This document shows, piece after piece, positions 25,415-40,491 of a stretch of 64,000 nucleotides of DNA; position 1 is the stretch's first letter; every line of letters begins with the position of its first letter. A model generated the notes under the pieces. The model was not told the DNA's origin, searched no databases, and saw only the letters and a program-made list of their open reading frames with translations. Origin of the DNA: Eledone cirrhosa (lineage: Eukaryota); the NCBI GenBank assembly GCA_964016885.1, contig OZ024742.1, positions 178,064,001 to 178,128,000 of the forward strand, in the 5' to 3' direction. Both the position numbers and the translations under genes were made by a program.

Positions 25415-26230
25415 AGCGCTACATTAGAATGTGAAAGACAGTGGGAAAGGGTGTTGGAGTGTGAAAACGAGAGTGAAGGACTGTTAAAATGTGAAAGAGA
25501 CATTGAAAGAGAGTTTGAAAGAGTGTTAGAATGTGAAAGTGGGTTTGAAAGAGTGTTAGAGTGTGAAAGTGTCTTTGAAAGAGAGTTTGAAAGATTGTTA
25601 GAATGTGAAAGTGGGTTTGAAAGAGAGTTTGAAAGTGCGTTAGAGTGTGAAGGAGTCTTTGAAAGAGAGTTTGAAAGAGTGTTAGAATGTGAAAGAGGCT
25701 TTGAATGAGTGTTAGAATGGGGAAGAATGTTTGAAAGACGGCTTAAAAGAGCGTTAAAATGTGGAAGATACTTTTAAAGAGAGTTTGAATGAGTGTTAGA
25801 ATGGAGAAGAAGGTTGAAAGAGAGTTTCAAAGAGTGTTTGAAAGATTGTTAGAATGTGAAAAATTTGAAAGAGGTTTGGAAGATTATTAGAATGTGGAAG
25901 AGACTTTTAAAGAGAGTTTGAATGAGTGGTAGAATGGGGATGAAAGTTTGAAAGAGAGTTTGAATGAGTGTTAGAATGTGGAAGACAACTCTGAAAGAGA
26001 GATTGAATGAGTGGTAGAATAGAGAAGAAGATTTGAAAGAGAGTTTGAAAGAGTGTTAAAATATAGAAGAGACTTTGAAATGGTGTTAGAATGTGAAAGA
26101 AGATTTGAAAGATTATTAGGATGTTAAAATGCATATGAAAGAACATTAGAACATTAAAGAGAGTTTGAAAGAGTGTGAGGATTTGAAAGAGGTGTATTAG
26201 AATATGAAAGAGAGTTTGAAAGAGGAGAAG
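25415..26230. repeat. Degenerate minisatellite (GAAAGAGAGTTT / GAAAGAGTGTTAGAATGT modules)
   Basis: Recurrent ~12- and ~18-nt modules. Confidence 0.9.
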
Positions 26231-26512
26231 AAAAAAGGATGTAAAATATTGAACTATTTATTTATTTATTTATTTCCTTTGTTTCTTTCTTATCTTTTAG
26301 GTTGATTATGTCCAAAGATTCCATTAGAAGGTTTTCAAGAAATAAGCAATGATTTCTACATGCTCACCCCCAAAACTTACATTTAATCACTGGATGTGTA
26401 ATATTGTTTTTGCATTGTTATTAATCTCATTGTTCTATTTTGGTAGTTTCTTCTTCTTTTAATCTCAAAGTGGCTAGGAGGGATAGGGTGAGGGGGAGAT
26501 GATGTGTGGAAT

Positions 26513-27227
26513 ATCAACAATAACAATAATAACAACAATGAGAACATCAATAGCAATAACAACAACAGCAATAACAACCACGTCAATAATAACAGTAGCA
26601 ATAACAACAACAGCAATATCAAGAGGAGCATCAGCAACAACAACTGCAAGAATAACAACAACAGCAATAAGAGCAACAGCAATAACAACAACAGCAATGA
26701 CAACAACAGCAATAACAACAACAACAGCAATAACAACAACAGCAACAACAAGAACATCAACAGCAATAACAACAGAAATAACAACAACAGCAACAACAAT
26801 GGTCGGAGCACAACAACAGCAATAACAACAGCGTCAACAGCAACGGCAATAACAATAATAGCAATAACAACAACAGCAACAACAACAAAGATAGTAACAA
26901 CAACAACAACAACAACAATAAAAACAACAACGGCAGTAACAACAACAGCAACAACAACAATAAAAACAACCACGGCAATAACAACAACAACAACAACAAC
27001 AAAGATAGTAACAACAACAACATCAACAATAAAAACAACAACGGCAGTAACAACAACAGCAACAACAACAACAATAATCACAACAACAACAACAATAACA
27101 ACATCAATAAAAACATCAAAAACAACAACAGCAATAGCAACATCAACAATGGCAACAACAGCAATAAAAAAAAACAGCAGCAGCAAAACATCAAATATAG
27201 TAACAACAATCATAACACCTAAAGCAA

Positions 27228-27267
<40 letters not shown>

Positions 27268-27300
27268 GATTTCAACAACAAAAACAACAACAAAAACATA
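26513..27300. repeat. Cryptic (AAC/AGC/AAT)n and (ATC)n trinucleotide array
   Basis: Directly visible. Source of the poly-N/T/V/L ORFs. Confidence 0.95.
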
Positions 27301-27421
27301 AACAGTTTAATGTTAAAATGTTCCTTCCATTTCATTTTATTAGTTCTTAACATATACCACAACAGACACCAGCACCACTACATATATATATATATATAAT
27401 ACAATACATGCATATATATAT

Positions 27422-27778
27422 ATACGATACTAACAAATGGAAACTATATTTATAAAACCATATTTATTTCATTATACATATTTCAAGGACACCAAGTTAA
27501 ATTATGGTGTGCTTTCATCAGATAAAATATAATATAGAGCAGTTTTATAAATAAATATTGACATACCCTTAAAGAATGCAACCATTACTGTTGGAAGCTC
27601 CCGGATAGTAATGGTTGCATTCTTTAAGGGTATGTCAATATTTATTTATAAAACTGCTCTATATTTATTATATTTTATCTGATGAAAGCACACCATAATT
27701 TAACTTGGTGTCCTTGAAATATGTATAATGAAATAAATATGGTTTTATAAATATAGTTTCCATTTGTTAATATCGTAT
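27422..27778. repeat. Fold-back palindrome (~170-bp arms) with a hammerhead on each strand
   Basis: 27422-27589 pairs with 27606-27778. Confidence 0.92.
27671..27735 (+). ncRNA. Type I hammerhead ribozyme (TATTTTAT family)
   Basis: TATTTTAT-CTGATGA-AAGCACACCA...TGGTGTCCTT-GAAA-TATGTA-TA-ATGAAATA. Confidence 0.8.
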
Positions 27779-27957
27779 TTTTACTCCAATTATTTGTTGA
27801 GTGCTTTATATTAGTTATAAAAATATTTGCTTGTTGTATCCCAACAATTTAAATAGAACTTTTACGTATATATATATACAAAGATATAGGTCAAACCATT
27901 TTATTCATTTCTACGATCGATTTTATTTATCATAATGCGTCAATAACAATTTGCAGA

Positions 27958-28755
27958 TCTTCTTCTTCTTCGCCCGCTAATTCTTGAAAGGGTCGTGGGA
28001 GTAGAGTCCGCAAACACGCCTCCCAGTGGGTCCTGTCGAAATCAACAGTCTCCAACTGATCCAGCTGGATCCCAAAGCGAGACCAATGAAGCTTATGGAT
28101 GTTATGCAGCCATCTTGCTCGGGATCTACCCCTGGGTCTCCTGCCAGTTGGTTTTGCCTGTAAAATCAGCCCACCGATATTTTCCTGACTCATTCTAACC
28201 GTATGCCCATTGTATCGGAGCTGTGATCTCTCAATTCGGAGAAGTAGCGGCTCTTTCTAATATGACTCTTTGATCGTATTCTTTCAGTCATTACCTAAGA
28301 TTCATGACCATAGGTAAGGGATGGCTCGAATACCGAATTGAAGATGGCTTTTACACCTACCTTCCTTCTTCTGGTTACGGAATGCTGAAGCTGGTGTAAT
28401 ATTGGCACCAACTGCTGCAATTCTTGCACTTAATTCAGCCTCCTGCCTTCTATCACTGGAGTCACGGCCCCGAGATACTTAAACTTCTCTACCTGCTTCA
28501 GTGGAACTCCATTCACATATCGAGTGCACTGCGCAAGCTTCCCTGAGAGGATGAGTGTCTCAGTTTTAGCAACACTGATTTTCATTCCAACGATGCAGCA
28601 CTCGGCATTGGACCTATCAAGTGCAAGACGAAGATCACCTTCTGTTGAGTTAAGTAACAACATGTCGTCCGCAAATTCCAGTCGACTGATTTTGCACCCG
28701 ACAATCATGATATCACTTCCAAACCGGTTGCACATGTCAATCCTGTTCATGTAAA
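27958..28755 (-). pseudogene. RTE-like LINE 3' fragment with (GAA)n tail
   Basis: LEFADDMLLL, MKISVAKTE, VEKFKYLG and PTGRRPRGRSRARW. Ends in GAAGAAGAAGAAGA. Confidence 0.88.
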
Positions 28756-28935
28756 TAATTGTTCCTACTTTTGGCACAAGGCCAGCAATTACCCAGTGCA
28801 TTACTGGTACTTTATGTTATCGACCCCGTAAGGATGGAAGGCAAAGTTAACCTCGGTGGGATTTGAACTCAGAATGGCAAGGGCCGTAACTCTATACGTC
28901 AAAGAATGGCGTCCGACCGTCTACCGATACTGCCA
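28755..28935 (-). mobile_element. SINE family A
   Basis: A/B boxes and family tail. Confidence 0.9.
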
Positions 28936-29727
28936 GGAGAGTTGACAGTACCGCACCCATTTATCCGAACACAAATATTCGAGCATTCCTCTAGAGACAC
29001 CAGGGCAGCAAAAAGCAGACTATCGATCCCATACTCCTGCACAACCTTCCACAGATATATATGTACATATATAGATAATTATATACACACATATAAATAC
29101 ATAATTTTAAGATGGGAATAAGAATAAGTATTATATGACAGTCTAATCTATAAGCAGGGTGAACAATATCAACGAGACGAATATTTAGTGCACTAAAAGG
29201 AAACGAAAAGAATATCTTATTAGAATGTAAAGGTAAGAGTAAAGGTCGAATTAATCAGATTCAAGGGTTTTATAAAAGAAACCGTGAAAGGTTCTATGTA
29301 AAAAAAAATAGGGAATAGTTCATTCTTTGCGTTAACGAGAATAATCTTAAAGGTTACTATTTCTAATTCCTCAGTCAAACAAAGATTACATTTAGTTTGC
29401 CTCCTCCATAAGATTTTACTGAATTATTAGTTCCTACAGAGTGCTGAATAGTATATTGTTTTGAGAAGAAAATAAGTTTTACTAAAGAGGCAGAATTATA
29501 TCATTTGTCATGCTTAAAGGATTGTATATGCGCATAAAATCTTATAAAATTACTATAGATAAAGGAATTACATTCGAGCTTTGAATACATCTCTCTGCCT
29601 TATATTGTTGTATTATGAACTCATATAATCTACCAAATATATATATAGGTCTCTGCATATAACCAGCACCACTATATATATTGTTTTTGTACATATAATC
29701 CGCCACCACTATGTATATACTTATATA

Positions 29728-30425
29728 TATATATGTTATCACCATCGCAAAATATATACTTTCATATATACATATCCACAACTCAACTCTATTCTTCTCT
29801 CTCTATATATATATATCTACCACCGCTATATATATATAATTATACACTTAATGCTGATACTTTCACACCTCATTCCTACTCATTACATATATATATATTT
29901 ATACAATATATTAATAAATGGAAACTATATTTATAAAACCATATTTATTTTATTATATATATTTCAAGGGCAACCAAGGCAAATTATGGTGCGCTTTCAT
30001 CAGATAAAATACAGATTTGTTTTATAAATAAATATTGACATAACCGGAAAAAAGACAACCATAACGGTTGGAGATTCCCAACCGTTAAGGTTGTCTTTTT
30101 TCCGGGTATGTCAATATTTATTTATAAAACAAATCTGTATTTTATCTGATGAAAGCGCACCATAATTTGCCTTGGTTGCCCTTGAAATATATATAATAAA
30201 ATAAATATGGTTTTATAAATATAGTTTCCATTTATTGATATATTGTATAAATATATATATATATATGTAATGAGTAGGAATGAGGTGTGAAAGTATCATC
30301 ATTAAGTGTATAATTATATATATATAGCGGTGGTAGATATATATATAGAGAGAGAGAAGAATAGAGTTGAGTTGAGGATATGTATATATGAAAGTATATA
30401 TTTTGCGATGGTGATAACATATATA
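29728..30425. repeat. ~700-bp fold-back palindrome with a hammerhead on each strand
   Basis: Axis GGTTGG-agattc-CCAACC (30066-30083). Arms ~345 bp with few mismatches. Confidence 0.93.
30138..30203 (+). ncRNA. Type I hammerhead ribozyme (mirror copy on minus strand, 29946-30011)
   Basis: TATTTTAT-CTGATGA-AAGCGCACCA...TGGTTGCCCTT-GAAA-TATATA-TA-ATAAAATA. 8-bp stem I. Confidence 0.83.
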
Positions 30426-31434
30426 TTTTATATATATATATATATATATACATATATACATATATATAAGCAGATAAGTACTGCCAATATATGTGTTGTT
30501 ATTTTTCAGTTTCCTTCCTGATTTCCATTCCAATTCATTCATTGATCTCTCATGAGATTGAAGACCAGAAAATAAAAAATCGAAAAGAAAAATATATGAA
30601 ACAAAATATGCCAAAAGATAAACACAGAAAAAACTACAAAACAGTAATAAAACAGAAAATAAGAAATAGGGTAAATATAGAATTAAAAGAGATTTAGATA
30701 TTACCAATCTCATTTACAAAGTAGAAAAACATTATAGATAAAGATGATTTACAAAAGAATAAATAAGATTGACGAAGTATAATTCAACCATTAATTAGTA
30801 TATATTCTTCATTATTGATATCCACAGCTTGGCTAATGAGTATGCTAAGCTCCATTAAATGTTCTCACAAATAGGGAAGGAATTAGAAATATTGGATATT
30901 ATAGTTAGTATTTTGTGGGATTTTTTCTATTACTAGATAGGATTAGATAGAGTACTAAGTAGCTAGTAAATATATGTACATTCGACTGCTTTTCTTCGTT
31001 TCTCACTATTGAATTACAACGATATATATTTTTCATTGCTCTTCTAGCTCTCAGAAAATGGGTAGTATAAGATTTTATTGTTAGTAGGTCGCTGTTGGTT
31101 TGCTTTTTCTATTATTAAGTAGATTACAAAGATATACCCTAAGACTAGTAATGTTTTCTCCGTCGGTTATCGACGATGAGCAATCATGTGTTCCATTACC
31201 TGAATATCCAGTACGGGTGTTTGTGTATAAGTATATATATGTGGATGTCTGTGACATATATACACTGGTCGCAGGCACACACATATATACACACACGTGT
31301 ATATATATATGGGGGTGGGGGGGGTATGTATGTGTGTGTGTGTGTGTGTAAAGGGTAAAGAGAAATAACAACACAATCGGTAAGGTATATGGAAGGGTTA
31401 TATTAGGTTAAAGCTTGATATAGCAGGAAGAGGG

Positions 31435-31470
31435 TCTTAACGTTTCGGACGCTAGTCCTTCATCAGAAGA
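31435..31470 (-). ncRNA. Very minimal type I hammerhead motif
   Basis: Minus strand: TCTT-CTGATGA-A-GGAC TAGC GTCC-GAAA-CG-TT-AAGA, with palindromic ACGT in place of stem III. Confidence 0.72.
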
Positions 31471-31756
31471 AAGAATGAGAAATAATATAGATTGAGGGGA
31501 CGGGCGGGTTGGAATTGGAAAAAATGTCTTTAGATAAAAATAACCTGTCCATTCACACACACACATATATATAGACATATTCACATAAACATAGAAACCC
31601 TTCCTATTTAGCAGGAAATATTTGCTACACACATCCTGTCCTAACACAAGTTATATGATACTTAATATTCAGTCACCAAATTTTAGCTAGATAGGGTAAT
31701 GTTGTATTCGATTCTTTGAAGTCACCTGTTATAATTTCATTCAACAACACCACTAG

Positions 31757-31844
<88 letters not shown>

Positions 31845-32033
31845 CTCTATCTTTCTCTTTCTCTCTATTTATGAAGGTACCACGAAAAAACCCGTATCTG
31901 GGGAACTCATGCTCCGATTTACGAGAAACTTGTTTTATTCCCTTTGTGTTGTTCCCTTTCAAAGTGTTTCCCATTATGTGTCGTTTTGGCTGTATTAAAT
32001 TACAGACAAGCACACAATCACAGAGTTTTAGTA

Positions 32034-32144
<111 letters not shown>

Positions 32145-32316
32145 CAGCCATTTATTTTGATACACTATACATACACATACACACAGACACGCACACACAG
32201 ACACACACCTATATATATATACAGAGAGAGAGAAAGAGAGAGAGAGAGAGCGTGAGAAGGGGGAGTACGATGGGTAGATACATAGATAGATATGGATATA
32301 TAGATATTAGATATAT

Positions 32317-32351
<35 letters not shown>

Positions 32352-32864
32352 GTGTGTGTGTATGTGTGTATGTGAGTGTATGTGTGTGTGTGTACGTGTG
32401 TGTGTGTGTGTGTGTAGTTGTGTGCTTGTGTGCATGTGCGTGCAAGTATTTATATATGTACGTAAGCATGTTGGGATACGGGTAAACATTTCAGAAAAGA
32501 AAAATTGATTTTCCGCCTTTACAATAATAACTGGAAATTCTGGTAATTTTCTGTTATCACTTTGCCAAAATGCATCGAGACATTCTGTCTGGAGTACAAC
32601 TAAACAGTGGTTTTGAACTTCATTGAATCTATTTAACGGCTTTCATCTATCACCTTATAAATATATATGTTCACGACTGTCTCCACTTTAAGCTATTCGT
32701 ATTCAGTGAGGTGAGAAACTGCAAAGATAAAATATAGACGTTCGCATATCACATCAAGCAAATTGTAAAGATATATACATGGAATGTGCAATTGGTTTCT
32801 AATAAACATGTGCATCTGTATATTGCGGCATATGGTGTTTCTCATACACACACACATACACATA

Positions 32865-32938
<74 letters not shown>

Positions 32939-35244
32939 CGCACCCAAACACATATATATTTTTATTGACGGACTCTCATATGACCAGCTATGAATTTAAG
33001 TTGCTCACCTTATCAATAACTTGTATTGTATTGGAAATATTACCTAAAACCCATATTAATTAAGATGCTGTCTATTGCAGTCAACTTTCCTCTTTCCGGA
33101 ATTTAACTAATGGGAATCCAATGAAACTCCCCAGTACCACCCCTACTTACAACATGTGGCACCTACTTACAGCAACATGAGTTAGGCCAGTAAGAGTTGC
33201 ATTCCTTGGTTTAATATACAAAACAGCACACTGATTTGATAGGATCTGCCAACCTATCAGCTGATTACTTTCTGAAACTTTACTAAGTGTGTGTACTATA
33301 GAAAATATTCATAACAACTGAACTGTATTTTGTTCATAAATATTCATACTATTCGTCTGTTTGAGCAATCTCATTATTAGAATTAAATGATTCTGTTCTG
33401 ATGCATAAGCCCCACCTGTTAGCAGACACATGAAAAATAAAATAGTATGGATTAAATGAAAAACACAAAATCAGAAAATTATGTATCTGTAAAAAAAAAG
33501 AACGAAACAAATTATGAAAATAAATCCTCTGGAAATCCTTCTTCAGCCATGAAGTGGTGCCATCAATTTAGTTTGATTAGTTTACAAATGAAACTTGTTG
33601 TCTAATCAACTTGTATGGAATGCTAATAGCATTTAAGTTTAATTTTTTAATACCATTGGAGTTCGTCGACAGGCAGTCAGAAATGATGCCGAAAAAGAGA
33701 CTGATTAGGTTAAAATATCAGGTAGTGGGAAGCTCTTTACTTGGCGTCAATCTACAGATATTAGTAATCAAAGATGAAGCAAGAAAGAAAAACAAAAAAA
33801 ATAAATATCAGAGTTCTTTAAAGGGTAATTAATCAAAATCAGACTGTGTTTACTGAAGCCAGAATCAAATTTGACAAAAGGATTAGATAACATCAACAAC
33901 TGTTTGGTTTTGGTTTGGCGTTACAGAAGAATTTTGTGCACGTCGAAATGCTATATATATTTTTTTCTTTATTTCAGAATATTCGCCATGCGTGTAAAAC
34001 TGCATTAATTAGAAATAGCTGCTAAATCTTCCTCAGATTACACTCTATTGTTTTAAAAAAGAAGAAACACAAGTTGAATAGCGGTATAAGTAGATACAGT
34101 AAATAGGATAAAATAAGACAAGATGGTGACGACTACAATGCTTTTGATCATACGTCTGCTGGGTTGGGGCTGAGATGAGCGAAAGAAAAGGGGATGTTAA
34201 CAGTATATATATGCCTAATTTCTGTATGATTGTGGACCTTCGCTGGTTTCAGCGATGAGCATCAAATTTTATGATCAAATGAAACCTCAACACCTGAATA
34301 AACGTGTTGGTGGTTGAGTATTCCGCAGACAAGTGTATACTGAACGTAATCAACAAGTGGAATTAGTGTGCCACAATATGAGACAAGGTTAGATGTTGAA
34401 TTCCAAGTACAATCCATCCAACAGGCTTCCACACAGTTTACCCTGTTTCACTCTCAAGGCTTGGATGTACTCGAGTTAAAATCACACCATATTGTTTTAA
34501 AAAAAAATGTTTTAATATATTGTTTAAAATTAATGATATTTTTGAAAGGAAAATATTTCAAGTTATTTTATGGTTATTATATTTTTGATTATTTACTTTG
34601 TCTCCCATCCTTTGAAGGACGCTAAAGCATAGCCCCAGTCACGTAGTGGAGTCGATTTAATCAACTATCTCCTTCTACAGAAGAGCTGGCCTTATGCCGA
34701 AATTAGTAATCATTCTTATGAGCTTGATTGGCAGAAAAGGCACAATTTACTGTCTTAGAAATGAATACATTGGATAATGGTGCAGGTTACAATGTATCTG
34801 AATCAATATAGATGTGATAGCCATGGCTGGAATGCCTTTAATAAAAAATATTTGCTTGACCAAAGCCAACTTGAGCCGAAGCAACAAATTATATTTAGAG
34901 AATGTAAGAATGCCAAACGCTGAAAATAACTATATCCACATTCGATTACTATAAACAATAGCTTAGAAAATCGGATAGAATAATTCTATACACGGGGAAA
35001 AGTGGTCAGCAGCCGCTATGGATAAACGAACTCCGTATTCCTGAAATTCCGGTTGAGTGCTCTAGACATTGATTCACTAACGTTGATATCTGCGCCAGCA
35101 AGAATTTATTTTAAAATAATCTTCTACTGACTGCAATAAACTATATAGCCAATACTCATCTGTGGATGTGAGTTAAATATGCCCCTGGACAAGAGGTTTG
35201 GCCATGGCATATAGGTTTCTCTGTTGGTGATGGATTTCAGTCAC

Positions 35245-35520
35245 TTCTGACGGTGAGTGTTCCAGTTGAGCGAACAACGGGACAGACAGCTTGTGATATT
35301 AACGTGCAAGTGGTTGAGAATTCTACAGGCACATGTATCCTTAACGTAGTTCTTATGGAGATTCAGAGTGACACAGGTGTGACAAGGTTGACCCTTTGAA
35401 TTACATGTACAACACATTTTTCTTCCTCCTCAGTAGACTAGAGCAATGTGAAATATAGTGTCTTGCTCAAGAACATAACGCCCCACCAGGAATCGAATGA
35501 TATGTGGCCTTAGCTATTGC
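35245..35520 (-). mobile_element. SINE family B (old)
   Basis: Reverse-complement homology to 2465-2780. Confidence 0.7.
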
Positions 35521-36558
35521 GATTTATGGTTCCCGACCTTGGATATAACACAATAACCACTGAAAGCACAGAACGACTATACTCACAATTGGTAGCTGTC
35601 GTATTAAATCAACCAGCTGAGCTCTCGTTCTCAACATTTCAGACAAGCAAGACGTAAAAAAAAAAACGAAGAATAGGAATAACTCTGTTTCGTAGACTAA
35701 CAGATAATAAAAATTTACTTAACTGCAGCTTCTATATGTTTTTTGTTTGTTTGGGCTTTTTTCTTATGTTCTTTTATTTTATTTTTATTTTTATGGTATA
35801 TTTGGTAGAGAAAAAATCCAAACGTAAAGCTACTTATGGAGTTATTTATTCTCCACCATCAACTGCTTGTTTTCTGTTGACTGAAATACATAACTTGGAT
35901 GAATTGATCTTCCCGCCCTACATATTCTTCTGTCAAGATATATACATTAAATATTTGTTTAAATGATATTAATGGTGATATATACTTAAAGTACCAATAT
36001 TTCTCGGAGCAAGATTTCACACAACAGTCAACATTCTTCTCTAACATTTTAGAATTTGGTAAAAGTTTACTCTTTACCACGTAGCTTGGTAAGAACTAGC
36101 TCTAGATTCAAGCCCACAGCATTTCTCTTTCACCAAATTCAATTATATCTTGACCTACATACGAATAATAGTTTCAAAACTAACTCTTATATATTATGAT
36201 GCTGTATCAGATGGTAGAGGCATATGGCAGTATGTAATCACTGGAATGTCTATGCTACAAGAATACACACACAGGCATGCGCACGCACACACATACATAC
36301 ATACATACATAAATACATACATACATACATACAAATAAACATACATACATACATACATACATACATACATACATACATACATACATACATACATACATAC
36401 ATACATACATACATGCATACATACGTATATGTGTGTGTGTGTGTGATAAAAATGTACACGGGCGTATAAGTATGCATATATATAAGCTCAGAAATGTATA
36501 TGCAACATACACAAATATATATATATGTGTATTATATATATGTATATACATATATATA

Positions 36559-36633
<75 letters not shown>

Positions 36634-37689
36634 AGAGAGTGGGGAGAGTATATGTATGTGTGAGTGACTGAATGTGTGTGTGTGAATGAGAGTATGTGTG
36701 TGTGAATGAGAGTATGTATATATGTATATGTGAGTGTGTGTGTGTGTGTGTGAATGCATAGTATTGACTAAATCTGCATTACAGAAATCTATCCAACTAA
36801 ACGCACTAAACATAATAATGACGTTAATAGGTCTCCGGACACCTCATGTCCAAGCAACTATTGATACACTAGCCAGAGTATTTACATTCTTATTCAGTTA
36901 TTGTTGTTGTTGTTGCTGTTGTTGGTTTATGTTTTATTAGTTTTTATATTTATTTATATATTTATTTATCTATATATTTTATTTATTTATGTGTATTTTC
37001 AATTGTGTTCATACCACGGAAATAGTCGAAAATAAGAATAAGAAATGGCATGAATAAAGAAGCAATATATTACTCTGCCTAGTCTATCAGATACATGAAT
37101 AAATTTTGATGCATAGATCTAAGATCAAGTGCGAATATGCTTGCTTCGCTATAAACTATATACATTGGAGATTTTACAGATGTGGAATTGAAGTCATTCC
37201 CTTTGCAATATTATTAACTTTTCTCCAGATAATTGTTATTTCTCTCTGAATCTATCGCAAGAATGATTGCAGAGTTGCAGCAAAATATTTAAATATTTAA
37301 ATGAATATATGAATAAATGAGGCTAAAGGAGAATAATAAAATTGTGTTGGTTTATTTTATTGCAACGTGCTCTCACTGTAATCGTCTATTAGTGGTTTTA
37401 GCTATAAGATCACACTTCTCCATTATAATCATATAGATTTCCTTTCGAGGTTTCATTTTCGTTTATGGCAGCGATATACCTCTGTGTATTGGACCTCCGT
37501 CGTTTCCGACGAAGAGTATTCCAATCGTTTGGTCAAAGGAACAGCCGGCGCTGGAAATTAACGTGGAAGTGACCGAGCATTTCAGCGGTTAGCTGCATTC
37601 TAAACGTAGTTTTGAGGAGATTCGATGTTACACAATGTGGGACAAAGCAGGCCTTCTGAATAATAGATGCAGTTAATTTTTTTCCTACC

Positions 37690-37888
37690 GCATGCGGCCC
37701 TTTACAAGCACACCTGGGGCCCGCACAAAGGTGTTCACTGCGCGAGCATGTTTTGTCTTCGTAATATAAAATGTTAAAAATTAGTTGTAATGTGAGCAAT
37801 TAGTTGTCGTGTGTGGCCCTGAAACAACACATATATGACCCATGTGGCCCTCGGGGAACCCTCGGGGAACCCTCAGTTTCACATGCCT
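37690..37888. mobile_element. hAT-like non-autonomous fragment
   Basis: Repeated TGCGGCCC/TGTGGCCC subterminal motifs and a ...AGTTTCACATGCCTG terminus. Confidence 0.55.
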
Positions 37889-37891
37889 GAA

Positions 37892-38082
37892 ATAATTGTT
37901 TCTACTTTAGGCACAAGGCCAGCAATTACCCAGTGCATTACTGGTACTTTATTTTATCGACCCCGTAAGGATGAAAGGCAAAGTCAACCTCGGCGGGATT
38001 TGAACTCAGATCGTAAAGGGACGTAACTGTGCTGGAAAGCATGGCGTCCGACCCTCTACCGATACTGCCAATTCACCGCCCC
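37892..38082 (-). mobile_element. SINE family A, full length
   Basis: Starts GGCGGTGAATTGGCAGTATCGG. Flanking TGAAATAAT duplication. Confidence 0.92.
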
Positions 38083-38699
38083 TTGAAATAATGCCTGAAA
38101 TAATGTATCTTACTCAAGAAAACAATGCACCACTGGAAATCGAACTCACGAAGCTACGGTCGTGATCAGGACAAGCTAAATACTAAGAGAGTGACGTATT
38201 ACTTCCCGGTACTATTCCTTATTGATTGTTTGGCCTTGTGGTGTGTATTCACGATGCACATTACCACGGTAGTAAAAGAAACAGTTCAACATCATCTTCA
38301 TATTTTGTTACAAACCAGTTGTGCATTTTGGGGCCTTGGTGATGCGGATGCTTCCAGTGGGAGTACTGGAACTTGGTTTCCGAGTTGTAACCATGTACCT
38401 GTGGAAGCTCATCAACTTGCACATTAATTTCATGAGCAGGATGTTCCGTTGATCGAACCACTGCACTGGAACACACAACATCAAAAACTTGATATGAAAT
38501 ATGATTCTTGGTCTCAGAACATAATGTGCTGTAAACAAGAACGGCATATGAGAATAATGCAATGTAAATCTCCATCTAGTTGTAGGGCACCATTGGGACA
38601 TGCTTAGGGCATTTTATTTCTGGTGGAGTCTATCCCTCACAACATTTGAGCTCAGCTGATTTCTTAGAGAGTGAGAGAAAGAGATATTCTATCTGTTGA

Positions 38700-38800
38700 G
38701 AAGAAGAAGAAGAAGAAGAAGAAGAAGAAGAAGAAGAAGAAGAAGAAGAAGAAGAAGAAGAAGAAGAAGAAGAAGAAGAAGAAGAAGAAGAAGAAGAAGA
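38700..38800. repeat. (AAG)n microsatellite
   Basis: Directly visible. Confidence 0.97.
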
Positions 38801-39558
38801 AACCTCTGCTACTTATTTATCGAATCCGCCAAAAGGAGTTGACTTCGGTGGGATTTGAAATCAGAGCGCAGGAATGAAAATGAATACCGCAAAGCTTTGT
38901 ATCCGACGCCTCTTTATATTTTATCTATTTGATGTCGGGTTCATAACAACTTTTGTTGAAACTTTAGTGGCTTAAACTGTGAATAGATCAAAAACCTCTT
39001 TTATATAACATTTAAGTACAATTTCATTAACCGAATTTCGTAATTGTAGGGGCGGCATTGTTTTTGTTTAGTTTACTATTTTTACGAAGTTGAAATTATA
39101 TAAATTCGCCCTAAGGACTTCATTTTACCTGAGAAATGGTAAAGGCGTATTTTATTGAACGGATTTTGATATAAATGAACGGATTTTAGATATAAATGTG
39201 GGAAATGTTAAAGCTGTTTTTGTATTAAAGAGAAGCCCAAAGGTCGTATCTTCGTTGATAGATAGAAGTTTATGTGAAAATGTCACAATTTTATTTACTT
39301 TTAACTTCGAAAAAGGGAGGTGCTGCAAAATAGTAAGTTGAATGTATAGTAAACTGAATAAATGGTAAGCTTTAAAAAGAAACTCAGTCCTAGAATTGCC
39401 AAATAAATTTAATGAAAATATAATTAAACTTAGATTAAAAGAGGTTGTGTGACTTTAAACTACTAAACGTTCTTCAATAGATGTAAGGAAATCAAAAGAA
39501 AATAGGTAATATTGAATGTATTTTTTCGTTTATACACACACACTCACACACACACACA

Positions 39559-39648
<90 letters not shown>

Positions 39649-39695
39649 TATTCAATGATATTAAAAAATGGAAACTATATTTATAAAACCATATT

Positions 39696-39756
39696 TATTC
39701 TATTATATATATTTCAAGGGTACCGAAACTTTGGTACGCCCTCATCAGATAAAATA
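39696..39756 (-). ncRNA. Type I hammerhead ribozyme (TATTTTAT family, single arm)
   Basis: Minus strand: TATTTTAT-CTGATGA-GGGCGTACCAAAGTTTCGGTACCCTT-GAAA-TATATA-TA-ATAGAATA. Flanks 39666-39785 are homologous to the 27.4 and 30 kb arms. Confidence 0.8.
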
Positions 39757-39971
39757 CAAAGTTTGTTTTATAAATATTGACATATCCAGGAACGAGATCT
39801 TAACGATTCTAGTTTGTCCTGGACAGTGAAGTAAAGAAGGGAAAGAGAAGAAAAGTCAAATATTTCAAATTATTAAGATGAGTATGTTGGCTTTGAATCA
39901 GTTATAAACATTTATATTTGTTGAATTACCAACAAATTGAATATCCCTTTTTGCTTATATATATATATATA

Positions 39972-40491
39972 TGAATATAGACATAGAATATTCGAAAATA
40001 TTCTGTATGTTTATAATAAACATTTTGAAGACCTAATCGCTATAGAATAGAATACGTCACGTATTACAATTAGATTCTCGATAAAAGCAAGGGAAGTAAT
40101 CTACGCGTTTCATTCTTGTTAGAAATCATCGAATATTCTATGTCTATATTCACATATATATCGCTATTTCAGAGCATTTATTCCAATTTCTAATTTCTGC
40201 CGGACCGGCAACCGCTCTTTCAAACCAGTTCCTGTACACAGCTAAGTATTCTATAAGTCTCTAGCTGTGTCATTCTCGATAAAAGCACTGGATATGTAGT
40301 CCTGATGATTTCTAACAAGAATGAAACGCGTAGATTACTTCCCTTGCTTTTATCGAGAATCTAATTGTAATACGTGACGTATTCTATTCTATAGCGATTA
40401 GGTCTTCAAAATGTTTATTATAAACATACAGAATATTTTCGAATATTCTATGTCTATATTCACATATATATCGCTATTTCAGAGCATTTAT

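Noticed and set aside
25226-25708. 160-aa ORF with EREFERVLEC repeats
   Set aside because: Antisense LINE fragment reading into a minisatellite that accumulates stops downstream.
25415-26230. Regular repeats as a possible CRISPR array
   Set aside because: No unique spacers, degenerate units, eukaryotic context and no cas genes.
30700-31200. Possible decayed Penelope RT near the 31435 hammerhead
   Set aside because: Manual translation gave many stops and no convincing motif. Needs an HMM search.
35820-36120. Non-repetitive stretch as a possible host exon (likewise 7300-7770 and 51400-51900)
   Set aside because: No recognisable domain or convincing splice-bounded open frame.
37892-38082. A/B boxes as tRNA genes
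   Set aside because: No full cloverleaf. Multi-copy with common tail and TSDs, so these are SINE heads.
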